This document shows, one piece after another, positions 1-8,646 of a stretch of 32,000 nucleotides of DNA (position 1 is its first letter; each line of letters opens with the position of its first letter). The notes below the pieces were generated by a model. It had not been told where the DNA came from. It made no database searches and worked only from the letters and a program-made list of their open reading frames with translations. The position numbers and the translations under genes were made by a program. The stretch is from Patescibacteria group bacterium. GTDB taxonomy: Bacteria; Patescibacteriota; Patescibacteriia; 2-01-FULL-39-33. The stretch lies in assembly GCA_041649575.1 (NCBI GenBank), contig JBAZMW010000002.1, forward strand, positions 202,792 to 234,791. The letters run 5' to 3'.

Positions 1-696
1 GAAAAAGAAGCCAAAGTCTATCTGGCTGCTCTGGAATTGGGCAATTCTAAGGTCAGTGAAATAGCCAAAAAAGCCGGTTTAAATCGCATTACGGCTTATG
101 AAATTTTGAAACGATTAAGACAAAAGGGGTTGGCCGTGAGCTTAACTAGAAATAACGTTTTGACTTTTCGGGTGATTGATCCTGAAAAAGTTATTAAGAA
201 AATGGAAAGCAAGTTATCCTTGTCTCGGGAGCTTTTGCCGGCGCTGGTGCTACTAAAAAATAACAGCGGCAAAAAGCCGAAGATCGAGTACTTTGACGGT
301 CGTGAAGGATTAAGGGCTTTGTGCAACGATTCCTTAAACTGTCAAGAAAAAATAATTTATGATTTGGCGGAACCCACCAATCTGTTGAAAACTATCGGCG
401 AGGATTTTTTTAATTCTTTTGTCAGACAAAGAGTCAAAAAAGGAATAAAGGTCAAGTTGTTGCTGCCTAAAAACAAAGAGAACAAAAAATATCTCGGGGT
501 AGTAAAAAGAGATTTAAGAGAATTAAGATTTATTGATGATGATTTGTATCCCAATGAGTTTTATATTTATGACAATAAAGTCGCCATACTCTCCTTCTCC
601 GGCAAGATGGGAGTATTAATTGAAGACGAGGAAATCGCCAAATCAATGAAGTCCATCTGGAGATTCTTATGGAATCACTCTGACAAAAATTTTTAA
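1..696 (+). CDS. TrmB-family transcriptional regulator (5' end runs off the window)
   Basis: Frame 1 is open from base 1 (EKEAKVYLAALELGNSKVSEIAKKAGLNRITAYEILKRLRQKGL, a TrmB-type winged HTH). The TTG at 37 in the ORF track is probably internal. The C-terminal half resembles the TrmB effector domain. Confidence 0.8.
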   Translation, partial: EKEAKVYLAALELGNSKVSEIAKKAGLNRITAYEILKRLRQKGLAVSLTRNNVLTFRVIDPEKVIKKMESKLSLSRELLPALVLLKNNSGKKPKIEYFDGREGLRALCNDSLNCQEKIIYDLAEPTNLLKTIGEDFFNSFVRQRVKKGIKVKLLLPKNKENKKYLGVVKRDLRELRFIDDDLYPNEFYIYDNKVAILSFSGKMGVLIEDEEIAKSMKSIWRFLWNHSDKNF

Positions 697-700
697 CTTA

Positions 701-730
701 AAACACCCGCCAATGAGGCGGGTGTTTTAA
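701..730. terminator. Bidirectional intrinsic terminator between convergent genes
   Basis: Hairpin AAACACCCGCC-aatga-GGCGGGTGTTT (701-727), flanked by A/T runs on both sides. Sits between the + regulator and the - binding-protein gene. Confidence 0.7.
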
Positions 731-747
731 GAATATGTGGTTTTTAA

Positions 748-1797
748 CTAATTTACCTTCTCCAGATACATCGGAATAACAATATCATTATTTGTAATAT
801 CTTTGGCTACTCCAGTCACGCCACTGACTTCTTTTTTGTTGGTCAGACAGCTTTCAATACTATCTTTGGGACAAGTGGCCAAAAGGTTGACAATATCAAA
901 ACCAAAGGCGGCCACGAAGTTGGGTTCTTTGCCATATTTGGCTTTGTATCTGGTTTTGAACTGCTCGCTATTACCGGGAATAGAAAAAGCAAATTGATTG
1001 GTGTAGAAAGTCATTTTGGGAGCTTTGGCTTGCGTTTCCGGATCGGATTGGACATTAGAGACTTCAACTATCGGGATATTAAACTTTAATTCTTCTATTT
1101 TTTTCAAAATGCCCAGTGATTCGCTTGGTGGTGTTGGGACGAATAACAGAGCTTCCGGTCCAGCGTCTTTGGCCTTACTAACGATGGTGGAAAAGTCAGT
1201 CGTGTTGGGAACATATGATTCCATGAAGACTATCTTTTTGCCGGATTCATCACAGAGTTGTTTGATTTTGTCAGCCACCGATTGGGCATACTCGTCTTTT
1301 CTGTAGATGACTGCTATTTTCTTGACGTTTTTGAGCGGTGAAATGTCTGATTCAAATGATGGCGTGGCAAAATGACTGGCGTCGGTATAATATCTGAAAG
1401 CATAATCATTAGTAATATTGTTAGCCGCGCTTTGAGTGATAACCATGGGAATTTTGTCCTCTTTGGCGAGTGAGGCCAGCGGCACGCTGACAATACTAAG
1501 AGCTGTCACAAAAACATCCGGCTTTTGGAGTTTTAGTTTTTGATAGGCGGTCAAACCATCGGCGGCAGCGCCTTTGCTATCCTCATAGGTGACGGCAAGA
1601 TTGGGGTGGTCTTCCAGCGCTAGATCCATGCCGTTCTTGACACTTTCGCCCCAGATGGCCGATGGGCCGCTTAGAGCCAAAATGGCTCCGATTTGGGTTT
1701 TATCATCACTGGTAGCAGCTTTATTGCCCAAGCCACAGCCGGCTAACACTACGCTTGCCATTAAGGCAACGACAATAATCAAAAATTTTGTTTTCAT
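748..1797 (-). CDS. ABC transporter substrate-binding lipoprotein, Leu/Ile/Val-binding (type I PBP) family
   Basis: Signal peptide with lipobox (VLAGCG), then the IGAILALSGPSAIWGE motif typical of LivJ/K-like binding proteins. Last gene of the liv-type operon. Confidence 0.85.
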   Translation of the reverse strand: MKTKFLIIVVALMASVVLAGCGLGNKAATSDDKTQIGAILALSGPSAIWGESVKNGMDLALEDHPNLAVTYEDSKGAAADGLTAYQKLKLQKPDVFVTALSIVSVPLASLAKEDKIPMVITQSAANNITNDYAFRYYTDASHFATPSFESDISPLKNVKKIAVIYRKDEYAQSVADKIKQLCDESGKKIVFMESYVPNTTDFSTIVSKAKDAGPEALLFVPTPPSESLGILKKIEELKFNIPIVEVSNVQSDPETQAKAPKMTFYTNQFAFSIPGNSEQFKTRYKAKYGKEPNFVAAFGFDIVNLLATCPKDSIESCLTNKKEVSGVTGVAKDITNNDIVIPMYLEKVN

Positions 1798-1821
1798 ACG
1801 ACGTTTTATTATTGTTTAGTT

Positions 1822-2949
1822 TTAATAAGGTATTATTTCACTATTTTTAATCTGATAAAGAATAAAATGTGCATTTTTTCTGTCATTGTTCTTATCGAAG
1901 CTAATTTCGCCGCCAGCTCCAGAGTAATTAATATTTTTTAGAGACTCTACTGCCTGACTCATGTCCATATTATTTTTTCCAGCTGCTTCGGCCAAGATAT
2001 AGATGTCATCGTACATGCCGATACAGGCGTTTTGCTGGGGACAATCGGCGCCGTATTTTTCTTTGTAAGTGTCTAATAAATTTTTTACTGAAACGATATT
2101 TTCTATGGCAAAATCAGTACTAATAGCCCCATCTAAATAATTTTTATATTTTGAATTTAAATCGGCCGAATGCATAATTGCCTCATTTACTAACAAAGTT
2201 TTAGGTCGAAAATTAATTTCTTTTGCCTCCTTCAAAACTTTATCACCAGAAGTTGGGCTTTGAACGCTCATTAATAAAACATCGGGGTTAGCGTTTTTGA
2301 GTTTTAAAAGTGGGGTGCGGACATCGGTGGCATCCGTTGTAAAGCCCTCGCTTACAATTTTTACTTCCTTATTTTCAAGATTTTTTTCCAGCATCAATTT
2401 CATGCCTTTAGCGTAATCCGTTTCTTCATAGATAATCGCAATTTTTCTTAAATTATTATTAACAATATATTCTCCAAATAAGCGAGCCCCGTCAGCATCA
2501 GAAGCATAATTTCTAAAAACCGAGGGAGAAACCCCGGTCACCTTAACCGAGCTCACAACTGTGGCAATTAAGATCTGATCTGACTTTAATAAAGGCGCGA
2601 TTCCTAATACTGTTCCACTACAGGCCACGGAAGAAAAAAGCTTTAGGCCGTTTACATTTGAAAGTTGTTGAAAGGCTGAAATGGCCGCTTGAGGGGCGCA
2701 TTGATGGTCTTGATAATTAATTTCTATTTTGTGTCCATTTATTCCGCCTTTGGCATTTATTTCCTCTACAGCGATTTCAGCCGCTTTTTGCGCTGAGTCG
2801 CCATAAATAGCTGCTCCTCCGGTCAAAGGTAATAAAGCCCCGATTTTGATAGTTTCTTTATTGTTTTTGCTAATATTGCTCAGGCTGCAACCGGCCGTGG
2901 CCACGACAATTAACGCCAAAATGATGATGAATAGGGATTTTCTTTTCAT
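1822..2949 (-). CDS. ABC transporter substrate-binding lipoprotein, Leu/Ile/Val-binding family (paralog 2)
   Basis: Lipobox (ATAGCS) and IKIGALLPLTGGAAIYGDSAQKAAEIAVEEINAKGGINGHKIE, a classic LivJ/K-like N-terminus. Confidence 0.9.
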   Translation of the reverse strand: MKRKSLFIIILALIVVATAGCSLSNISKNNKETIKIGALLPLTGGAAIYGDSAQKAAEIAVEEINAKGGINGHKIEINYQDHQCAPQAAISAFQQLSNVNGLKLFSSVACSGTVLGIAPLLKSDQILIATVVSSVKVTGVSPSVFRNYASDADGARLFGEYIVNNNLRKIAIIYEETDYAKGMKLMLEKNLENKEVKIVSEGFTTDATDVRTPLLKLKNANPDVLLMSVQSPTSGDKVLKEAKEINFRPKTLLVNEAIMHSADLNSKYKNYLDGAISTDFAIENIVSVKNLLDTYKEKYGADCPQQNACIGMYDDIYILAEAAGKNNMDMSQAVESLKNINYSGAGGEISFDKNNDRKNAHFILYQIKNSEIIPY

Positions 2950-2972
2950 GATTTTACTATATTATTATTATA

Positions 2973-3710
2973 TTAACTCCCCAGATACGCCTCTAATACC
3001 AGCTTATTCTCCCTTATATCTTTGGGCTTGCCTTCGGCAATAACTTTTCCTGCGTCCATAACAATTATATAATCTGCCACCGTAAAAGTAAAATTCATAT
3101 CATGTTCAATCAGTAGGACAGTCTCGCCCTGTTTTTTTAAGTCCTTTAGGATGCTTTTAATACGGTCGCGCAACACCGGATTTACTCCGGCTACCGGTTC
3201 GTCCAGGATGAGCAGCTGATGCGGATTGAGGATCGCTCGCGCTAGCTCCACCAGCCGTTTCTGTCCGTAGCTTAATTCTCCGCAAAGATGCTTGGGCGAT
3301 TTATCCAAGCCAATCAGATCCAGGACATCTTGGATTTTTTTCTTTTTTTTCGAGCCGTAATAATTCAGGCCCAAAAGATTTTTGGCAAACTTCATGTCTT
3401 CATTGTCAAGAGCAATGGATAAGTTTTCTTCTATGCTTAAGTTATTAAATAAATGCGCTTGCTGGAAAACACGGGATAGGCCCAGATTGGAAATTTTGTC
3501 AGGTGATAGGTTGGTGATATTTTTTCCAGCTAAAACTATCTCGCCGCTTTCGGCTTTTAAAATGCCGGAAATTAAGTTAAAGATGGTGGTTTTACCGCTA
3601 CCGTTGGGACCAATGAGCGCCGTGATTTGATTTTGGCCAATCTCAAAACTGCAGTCGTCGACCGCATGCACCCCGCCAAAATATTTTTTTAAGTGTTGAA
3701 TTTTGAGCAT
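2973..3710 (-). CDS. livG: Branched-chain amino acid ABC transporter ATP-binding protein (LivG-like)
   Basis: Walker A GPNGSGKTT, signature LSYGQKRLVELARA, Walker B LLILDEP, LivG-type N-terminus (KYFGGVHAVDDCSF) and C-terminal EAYLG. Confidence 0.9.
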   Translation of the reverse strand: MLKIQHLKKYFGGVHAVDDCSFEIGQNQITALIGPNGSGKTTIFNLISGILKAESGEIVLAGKNITNLSPDKISNLGLSRVFQQAHLFNNLSIEENLSIALDNEDMKFAKNLLGLNYYGSKKKKKIQDVLDLIGLDKSPKHLCGELSYGQKRLVELARAILNPHQLLILDEPVAGVNPVLRDRIKSILKDLKKQGETVLLIEHDMNFTFTVADYIIVMDAGKVIAEGKPKDIRENKLVLEAYLGS

Positions 3711-3715
3711 TATTA

Positions 3716-4822
3716 TTAATACAGCACGAATTGGCCGTCTTTTATTATTTTAATGACTATCGGCTTGATGGCATCGCCATTGCTGTCGAAAGTGGTGGAA
3801 CCGGACACGCCAGAATAATCTTTTATTTTATACAAGCCGTCTTTAATGCAGGTTGAGTCCACTGTTGGGCAGCTTTCTTTAATAATTTTGGCCAAAATTA
3901 TTAAAGAATCGTAGCCCTGCGCGGCAAAAATATTGGGGTCTTTACCGAATCTATTCTTATACAGATCCCAAAATTCTTGATTTGTTTCTCGTTTAAAATC
4001 AGAAGCAGCGAAGATGATGCCTTCGGCCAAGGGCCCGACCGCAGAAAGAAATTTGCTATCGGTCACTGTATTGTCAGAAATTATCTGGGCATTAATTCCC
4101 ATTTCTTTTATTTGCTTAATAATAAGAGCGACCTCCGGCATTAGGGCCCCGACATAAACTACTTGAGGATTTTTTTCTTTGATTTTTATGAGCTGGGATC
4201 GAAAATCGGTGGAGTTTTTTTGATATGATTGGCGTTCGACAATGACGCCCCCGTCTTTTTGAAAGGAATCAGTGAAGGTCTTCTCACCGATTACATAAGC
4301 ATCGCTTGACTGGTCGAAGATGGTAGCCGCTGTTTTATATTTTTGGGCCACAAATTCAGCCATTTTCTTTTGTTCGGTGCTTTCTAGGATGTGATTTCTA
4401 AAAATATAATCCCCTGCTTGGCTAATTGAATCGGCCGCTGAAGCCGGGGTCAAGATAATCATCTTGGCTTTTTCGGCCAGTGGGGCGATAGCCAAAGTGC
4501 TTTGAGAGCAGACCGGACCAATGATTATTTTGGCGCCCTTAATGGCGGTAGAGTTATAAGCGTTTATAGCTTCCTTGGGGTCGCATTTTTCGTCTTCAAG
4601 CAATAAGTCTATTTTAAGACCAGAGAGAGCTGTTTTTTCGTTAGCTAATACAATGCCATCTTTTATGTCATCACCCAGGGAAGCCATGTTTCCGCTAAGC
4701 GGCAGAATTACGCCGATTTTTATTGTTTGATTTTGGTGAAGTTTTTTGCTGGAGACAAAAATTGCAACTGCAATAATCGCCAGCACAATGATAATTACTA
4801 TGAGCCAAAATTTTGTCTTCAT
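3716..4822 (-). CDS. ABC transporter substrate-binding protein, Leu/Ile/Val-binding family (paralog 3, membrane-anchored)
   Basis: N-terminal TM helix without a lipobox Cys, then IKIGVILPLSGNMASLGDDIKDG. Sits between the permease and ATPase genes. Confidence 0.85.
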   Translation of the reverse strand: MKTKFWLIVIIIVLAIIAVAIFVSSKKLHQNQTIKIGVILPLSGNMASLGDDIKDGIVLANEKTALSGLKIDLLLEDEKCDPKEAINAYNSTAIKGAKIIIGPVCSQSTLAIAPLAEKAKMIILTPASAADSISQAGDYIFRNHILESTEQKKMAEFVAQKYKTAATIFDQSSDAYVIGEKTFTDSFQKDGGVIVERQSYQKNSTDFRSQLIKIKEKNPQVVYVGALMPEVALIIKQIKEMGINAQIISDNTVTDSKFLSAVGPLAEGIIFAASDFKRETNQEFWDLYKNRFGKDPNIFAAQGYDSLIILAKIIKESCPTVDSTCIKDGLYKIKDYSGVSGSTTFDSNGDAIKPIVIKIIKDGQFVLY

Positions 4823-4839
4823 AAAATTTTGTATTTTAG

Positions 4840-5712
4840 TTATTCCAATTTAACTTTGCCAAAAAAACCCGTTGGTTTGAAGATCAAGATTAGTATAAGG
4901 ATTAGGGCATAAATTATCTGTCGGGCCGGGCCGACAATCGACGAAGGAAAACCGATGAACCTCAGTGGTTCCGGCAATAAGATCAAAATAATCGCGGCAA
5001 TAATTGTGCCCCTCAGCGAAGCCAGGCCGGCAATAATTACAATAGCCAAAACAGGAATCAACTGCATGATAGTAAATGAGGAGGGATCGATAAAAGTAAC
5101 ATAATGCGCGTACAAACTACCGGCAATACCGGCAAAAAAAGCCGAGGTCGCCAAAGAATAACTTTTTAGCTTGAAAGTATTTTTGCCCAGCACTTGCGCG
5201 GCCAACTCATCATCTCGGACAGCTTGAAGCGCTTTGCCAAATGGCGATCGGGTAATTTGTTTGATTATTAGGTAAGTAATGAGCGCAATAGCTATGGTCA
5301 AAAATAAAAAATTAAAATTACTACTGAAGTCCAGGCCGAATAAATTCGGTTTGGGTATGCCGGGTAGTCCCAGCGGTCCGCGAGTCAAATCAGTCCAATT
5401 GAGAGCCACGGCATAAACTACAAAAGTAAAGCCCATGGTAGCCAGAGCCAGATAGTCCCCTTTCAGCTTGTGGGTGGGTATGGCCAGTAGATGGCCGAAA
5501 GCCATAGCCAACAAGCAGGCGCATAAAATACAAAGCCAAAAGGGGCAGCCAGCTAGAGCCAGCAAGGCCGAAGTATAAGCGCCGATGGCATAGAAAGCGA
5601 TATGGCCGAGATTAAGCAAACCGGAAAAACCCATGGCCAATTGCAAAGACATGGCCAGAATGAGATAGATGCCGATTAAAATTAGGAGATGAATAATATA
5701 AGCAGAAAGCAT
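4840..5712 (-). CDS. livM: Branched-chain amino acid ABC transporter permease (LivM-like)
   Basis: Polytopic membrane protein with the LNLGHIAFYAIGAY motif characteristic of LivM. Confidence 0.85.
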   Translation of the reverse strand: MLSAYIIHLLILIGIYLILAMSLQLAMGFSGLLNLGHIAFYAIGAYTSALLALAGCPFWLCILCACLLAMAFGHLLAIPTHKLKGDYLALATMGFTFVVYAVALNWTDLTRGPLGLPGIPKPNLFGLDFSSNFNFLFLTIAIALITYLIIKQITRSPFGKALQAVRDDELAAQVLGKNTFKLKSYSLATSAFFAGIAGSLYAHYVTFIDPSSFTIMQLIPVLAIVIIAGLASLRGTIIAAIILILLPEPLRFIGFPSSIVGPARQIIYALILILILIFKPTGFFGKVKLE

Positions 5713-5715
5713 AGA

Positions 5716-6582
5716 TTATTTTCTTTTAAGACCTAGGATGCCATGAGGCATGAAAAGCAAAAAAATAAATAAGATTACAAAAGCGATGGCGTCCTTGTAG
5801 CCCGAAGGTAAATACCAGATGCCAAAATTTTCAGCCAAGCCCAACAAAAAAGAGCCCAAAACGGCTCCAGGTACGCTGCCGATACCGCCGATAATGGCGG
5901 CGGTAAAACCCTTGATCACCAGATTGGTACCCATGGTCGGCTCCAGATTTTGCTCCAGCCCGATCAGTATGCCGCCAATGCCGGCAATGGCCGAGCCGAT
6001 AATAAAACTCCAAGAATAAATTTTTTCAGCCGGTATGCCCACCACTTCGGCTACTTCTTTGTTGTCTGAGACGGCTCTCATAGCCTTGCCTAGGCGGGTG
6101 GTTTTCATCAGTAGGAATAATAGGACAAATAAGACCAGGGCGACGGCGATAATAACTATTTGCAAGGGAGTGATGACGGCGCCAAAAAATTGCCAGCCTT
6201 CGGCTATCTCAATGAAGTCAATGGTTTTGACGTCAGCGCCGAAGAACATCAAGATCAGCGATTCCAATAGAATCAAAACAGCAAAGCCGGTGACCAGCAG
6301 GATCACCGGACTGGTTTTTCTATTTCTAAGCGGCTTATAGACTATTAGATTAATCAACCAGCCCAAAAAGGCGGCGAAGGCCACGGCCAAAATAATCGCC
6401 AGCCAGAAATTAACGCCAAGATTAGAAAATAGCAGATAGGCAATATAGACAGAAAAAGTGACAACAGCGCCGTGGGCAAAATGAATGAATTTGCAGGTGG
6501 AATAAATCAGTGAAAAGCCGGAAGCGACCAGCGCGTAGATGGCGCCGGCAATTAAGCCGTTAATTAACAATTGTAAAAACAT
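5716..6582 (-). CDS. livH: Branched-chain amino acid ABC transporter permease (LivH-like)
   Basis: Starts LQLLINGLIAGAIYALVASGFSLIYSTCKFIHFAHGA, a LivH-type N-terminus. First gene of the operon. Confidence 0.85.
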   Translation of the reverse strand: MFLQLLINGLIAGAIYALVASGFSLIYSTCKFIHFAHGAVVTFSVYIAYLLFSNLGVNFWLAIILAVAFAAFLGWLINLIVYKPLRNRKTSPVILLVTGFAVLILLESLILMFFGADVKTIDFIEIAEGWQFFGAVITPLQIVIIAVALVLFVLLFLLMKTTRLGKAMRAVSDNKEVAEVVGIPAEKIYSWSFIIGSAIAGIGGILIGLEQNLEPTMGTNLVIKGFTAAIIGGIGSVPGAVLGSFLLGLAENFGIWYLPSGYKDAIAFVILFIFLLFMPHGILGLKRK

Positions 6583-6635
6583 TTACGACTAGTTGTTTAT
6601 TAATTCAATCTTCTTATTTATACCATAATTTGGCT

Positions 6636-6672
6636 TTTAAAACAACAAAATCGGCGCATTTAAGCCGATTTT
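6636..6672 (-). terminator. Intrinsic terminator after the radical SAM gene
   Basis: Minus strand hairpin AAAAUCGGC-uuaaaugc-GCCGAUUUU followed by UGUUGUUUU. Confidence 0.6.
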
Positions 6673-6696
6673 GATAATTACGCTTGATGATTTTAA

Positions 6697-8112
6697 CTAA
6701 TCTTTTTTGGCCAGAACCTCTTCCCAATAGGGATCGGTGATTGATTTTAATTCCGCGTCAAATTCATAGATTTCTTCATGATATTTTTCGTCGTTAAGAG
6801 CGGCGGCCGCAGCCTCGTCTTCGGGCAAAACATGGCAGGCTCGGGCAATATCCATAAACTCCCGATGATGGTCTCTGATCAGGCAGGGCCGCAATAAATT
6901 TGCGCCCGGCTTGTCTTTTTTAAGATATTTTTCTTGCCAGTCGCGTCCTTTGACGAAGAAGTCAGAAAACAGCGCATCAGCGATCTTTTTGCCCTCGCCA
7001 TAAACCTTTCTGACATTGTCTTTGTAGTAGGGAATGAAAACGCAAGGCATGATATTAGCATTCCAGTCGATATAAAAATAACTTTTACCGCAAGAAATAC
7101 AACCCTCGCTCATCTCCGCGCTATTCCAGAAATCGGCCACAAACCAATTTTTTTCTCTGATGAGCTGGCGCCATTTTTTATACAATTCAAATCGGGCACC
7201 AGGACTAAGCATTAACTTGGTGTTAAATTCACGACCAATGGGCATATATTGGAACATCCACATGTAACTGGCTCCCTGCTGGTCAAAATAATAGGTATAA
7301 AAATCGTCATTTAAAAGCAATTTGGCGTTTTTGCTGGTAGCCGTAACCGAAACCCCAAAAGGCGCCTGGGCCTGACGTAAATTTGCCAAAGACTTAAGAA
7401 CGACCTGGTGAATTCCCGCTCCCCGGCGTTCGTCTGTTTCCTTTTCTAGCCCCTCAACGGAAACCGCTGGCGTAATATTGCCTAATTCTGCCATCTGTTT
7501 GGCAACGTCTTCGGTAATCAGCGTGCCATTAGTGTACATCAAGAAAAAGCTGTCCGGCCAAGCTTTAGGCAAATCCAAAATATTTTTACCCTCGCTCTGA
7601 TACATCAGCGGCTCGCCGCCGGAAATGACAAAAAATCTCATGCCCATCTCGTCATGGAACTCATGCATCATTTTGTCAATCAGGCTCCATTCCAAGGTTT
7701 CGCTGTTGTCGGCGCCGGAAGAGGCATAACAGCCAATGCATTTCAAATTGCATTTCTTGGTCGGACTGATTACCACCAACGGCGGTGGCGTGGTGCCGTA
7801 TTTTTCTTTGTAAACTTTAACGATTTTTAATCTTTCATCGTTATCGATCATTGCTCCTTTGACCAGGGTTTCGACGGCGCGAGTGGCAAATCGTTTGGAA
7901 ATAACTCCGCGATTAATGTTTTTCACGGCAGTCACCAGTAATGATTTAACGCCGTAATAACGATCCAACCGCACTTCCCTAGAAAATTTCTTCTCATCGG
8001 TGACCATGGCTTTGTAAAGCTGCTTGTCGATTTGTTTGGTGACAAGATACCGGGTTAACCGGTTGCTCATCGCCAATTGGCCCAGCTTGATGATCAGATC
8101 CTCTTTTTTCAT
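6697..8112 (-). CDS. Radical SAM enzyme with C-terminal auxiliary Cys-rich region, function unknown
   Basis: CX3CX2C at CNLKCIGC (residues 121-128), GGEPL SAM-binding motif, C-terminal CISCGKSYFYIDWNANIMPC plus RPC. About 120-aa helical N-terminal extension. Confidence 0.85.
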   Translation of the reverse strand: MKKEDLIIKLGQLAMSNRLTRYLVTKQIDKQLYKAMVTDEKKFSREVRLDRYYGVKSLLVTAVKNINRGVISKRFATRAVETLVKGAMIDNDERLKIVKVYKEKYGTTPPPLVVISPTKKCNLKCIGCYASSGADNSETLEWSLIDKMMHEFHDEMGMRFFVISGGEPLMYQSEGKNILDLPKAWPDSFFLMYTNGTLITEDVAKQMAELGNITPAVSVEGLEKETDERRGAGIHQVVLKSLANLRQAQAPFGVSVTATSKNAKLLLNDDFYTYYFDQQGASYMWMFQYMPIGREFNTKLMLSPGARFELYKKWRQLIREKNWFVADFWNSAEMSEGCISCGKSYFYIDWNANIMPCVFIPYYKDNVRKVYGEGKKIADALFSDFFVKGRDWQEKYLKKDKPGANLLRPCLIRDHHREFMDIARACHVLPEDEAAAAALNDEKYHEEIYEFDAELKSITDPYWEEVLAKKD

Positions 8113-8240
8113 AGGTTTTACTCTTTTATAATGGCGGCGGCCAAGCTGATATTACTCGACTTAAGCTGCCGTTTTTATTTATTAGGTTATCTCTTATTAT
8201 ATTACAAATTATTTTATAAATAAACAGCCTGAAAGTCAAA

Positions 8241-8280
8241 TTAAAAAACAAAAGAATAGCTGGTAAACTGCCATTCTTTT
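8241..8280 (-). terminator. Intrinsic terminator after tRNA-Gln
   Basis: Minus strand hairpin AAGAAUgGC...GCuAUUCUU followed by UUGUUUUUUAAUUU. Confidence 0.6.
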
Positions 8281-8314
8281 GTTTCTGATTAAATTATGGC
8301 TTTTCCGCCCAAAA

Positions 8315-8385
8315 CTGGGAGACTAGGAATCGAACCTAGATTAAAGGCTTCAAAGGCCTCTGTCCTACCATTAGACGATCTCCCA
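8315..8385 (-). tRNA. tRNA-Gln (anticodon UUG)
   Basis: Hand-folded cloverleaf UGGGAGA-UC-GUCU-AAUGGUA-GGAC-A-GAGGC-CUUUGAA-GCCUU-UAAU-CUAGG-UUCGAUU-CCUAG-UCUCCCA plus discriminator G. U1-A72 is typical of tRNA-Gln. CCA is not encoded. Confidence 0.9.
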
Positions 8386-8450
8386 ATTCTGGGCGGAATT
8401 AGCGACGGCCACCGCCTTTGATTTATAAACCAACCCGAAGGCTTTGGTAA

Positions 8451-8570
8451 TTAATGGCCGTGCTTATACTTCCCTACTCTTTCGTTTTTCACCACCCGCT
8501 TCATCTTTTTGGTTTTCCACTTCAATTTGGGAACCTTGACTCTCGGGTCGCGTTTTTTCTTTTTTGGCAT
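8451..8570 (-). CDS. Candidate small lysine-rich protein (39 aa), not in the ORF track
   Basis: ATG 8570 to TAA 8451: MPKKKKRDPRVKVPKLKWKTKKMKRVVKNERVGKYKHGH. Sits directly behind a near-consensus promoter and upstream of tRNA-Gln. No convincing SD. No family recognised. Confidence 0.35.
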   Translation of the reverse strand: MPKKKKRDPRVKVPKLKWKTKKMKRVVKNERVGKYKHGH

Positions 8571-8613
8571 AAAATTTAAATTTAAAAATCCTCTCTTTTT
8601 GAGACGAAAATAT

Positions 8614-8642
8614 ATTATAACAAATATTTTTTATTTAAGCAA
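8614..8642 (-). promoter_or_regulatory. Sigma70-type promoter for the small ORF / tRNA-Gln unit
   Basis: Minus strand TTGCTT (8642-8637), 17 nt, TGtTATAAT (-10 at 8619-8614). Confidence 0.55.
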
Positions 8643-8646
8643 ATCC

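Noticed and set aside
3335-3350. T7-C-T8 homopolymer tract inside livG (encodes SKKKKKI), considered as a slipped-strand phase-variation site
   Set aside because: The gene is in frame and intact. Lys runs from A/T homopolymers are common in low-G+C genomes, and there is no evidence of variability from a single sequence.
8131-8223. 30-codon + strand ORF (MAAAKLILLDLSCRFYLLGYLLLYYKLFYK) upstream of the radical SAM gene, considered as a RiPP precursor
   Set aside because: It is on the strand opposite to the radical SAM gene and has no SD or promoter. It lies within that gene's AT-rich promoter/leader region, so it is most likely fortuitous.
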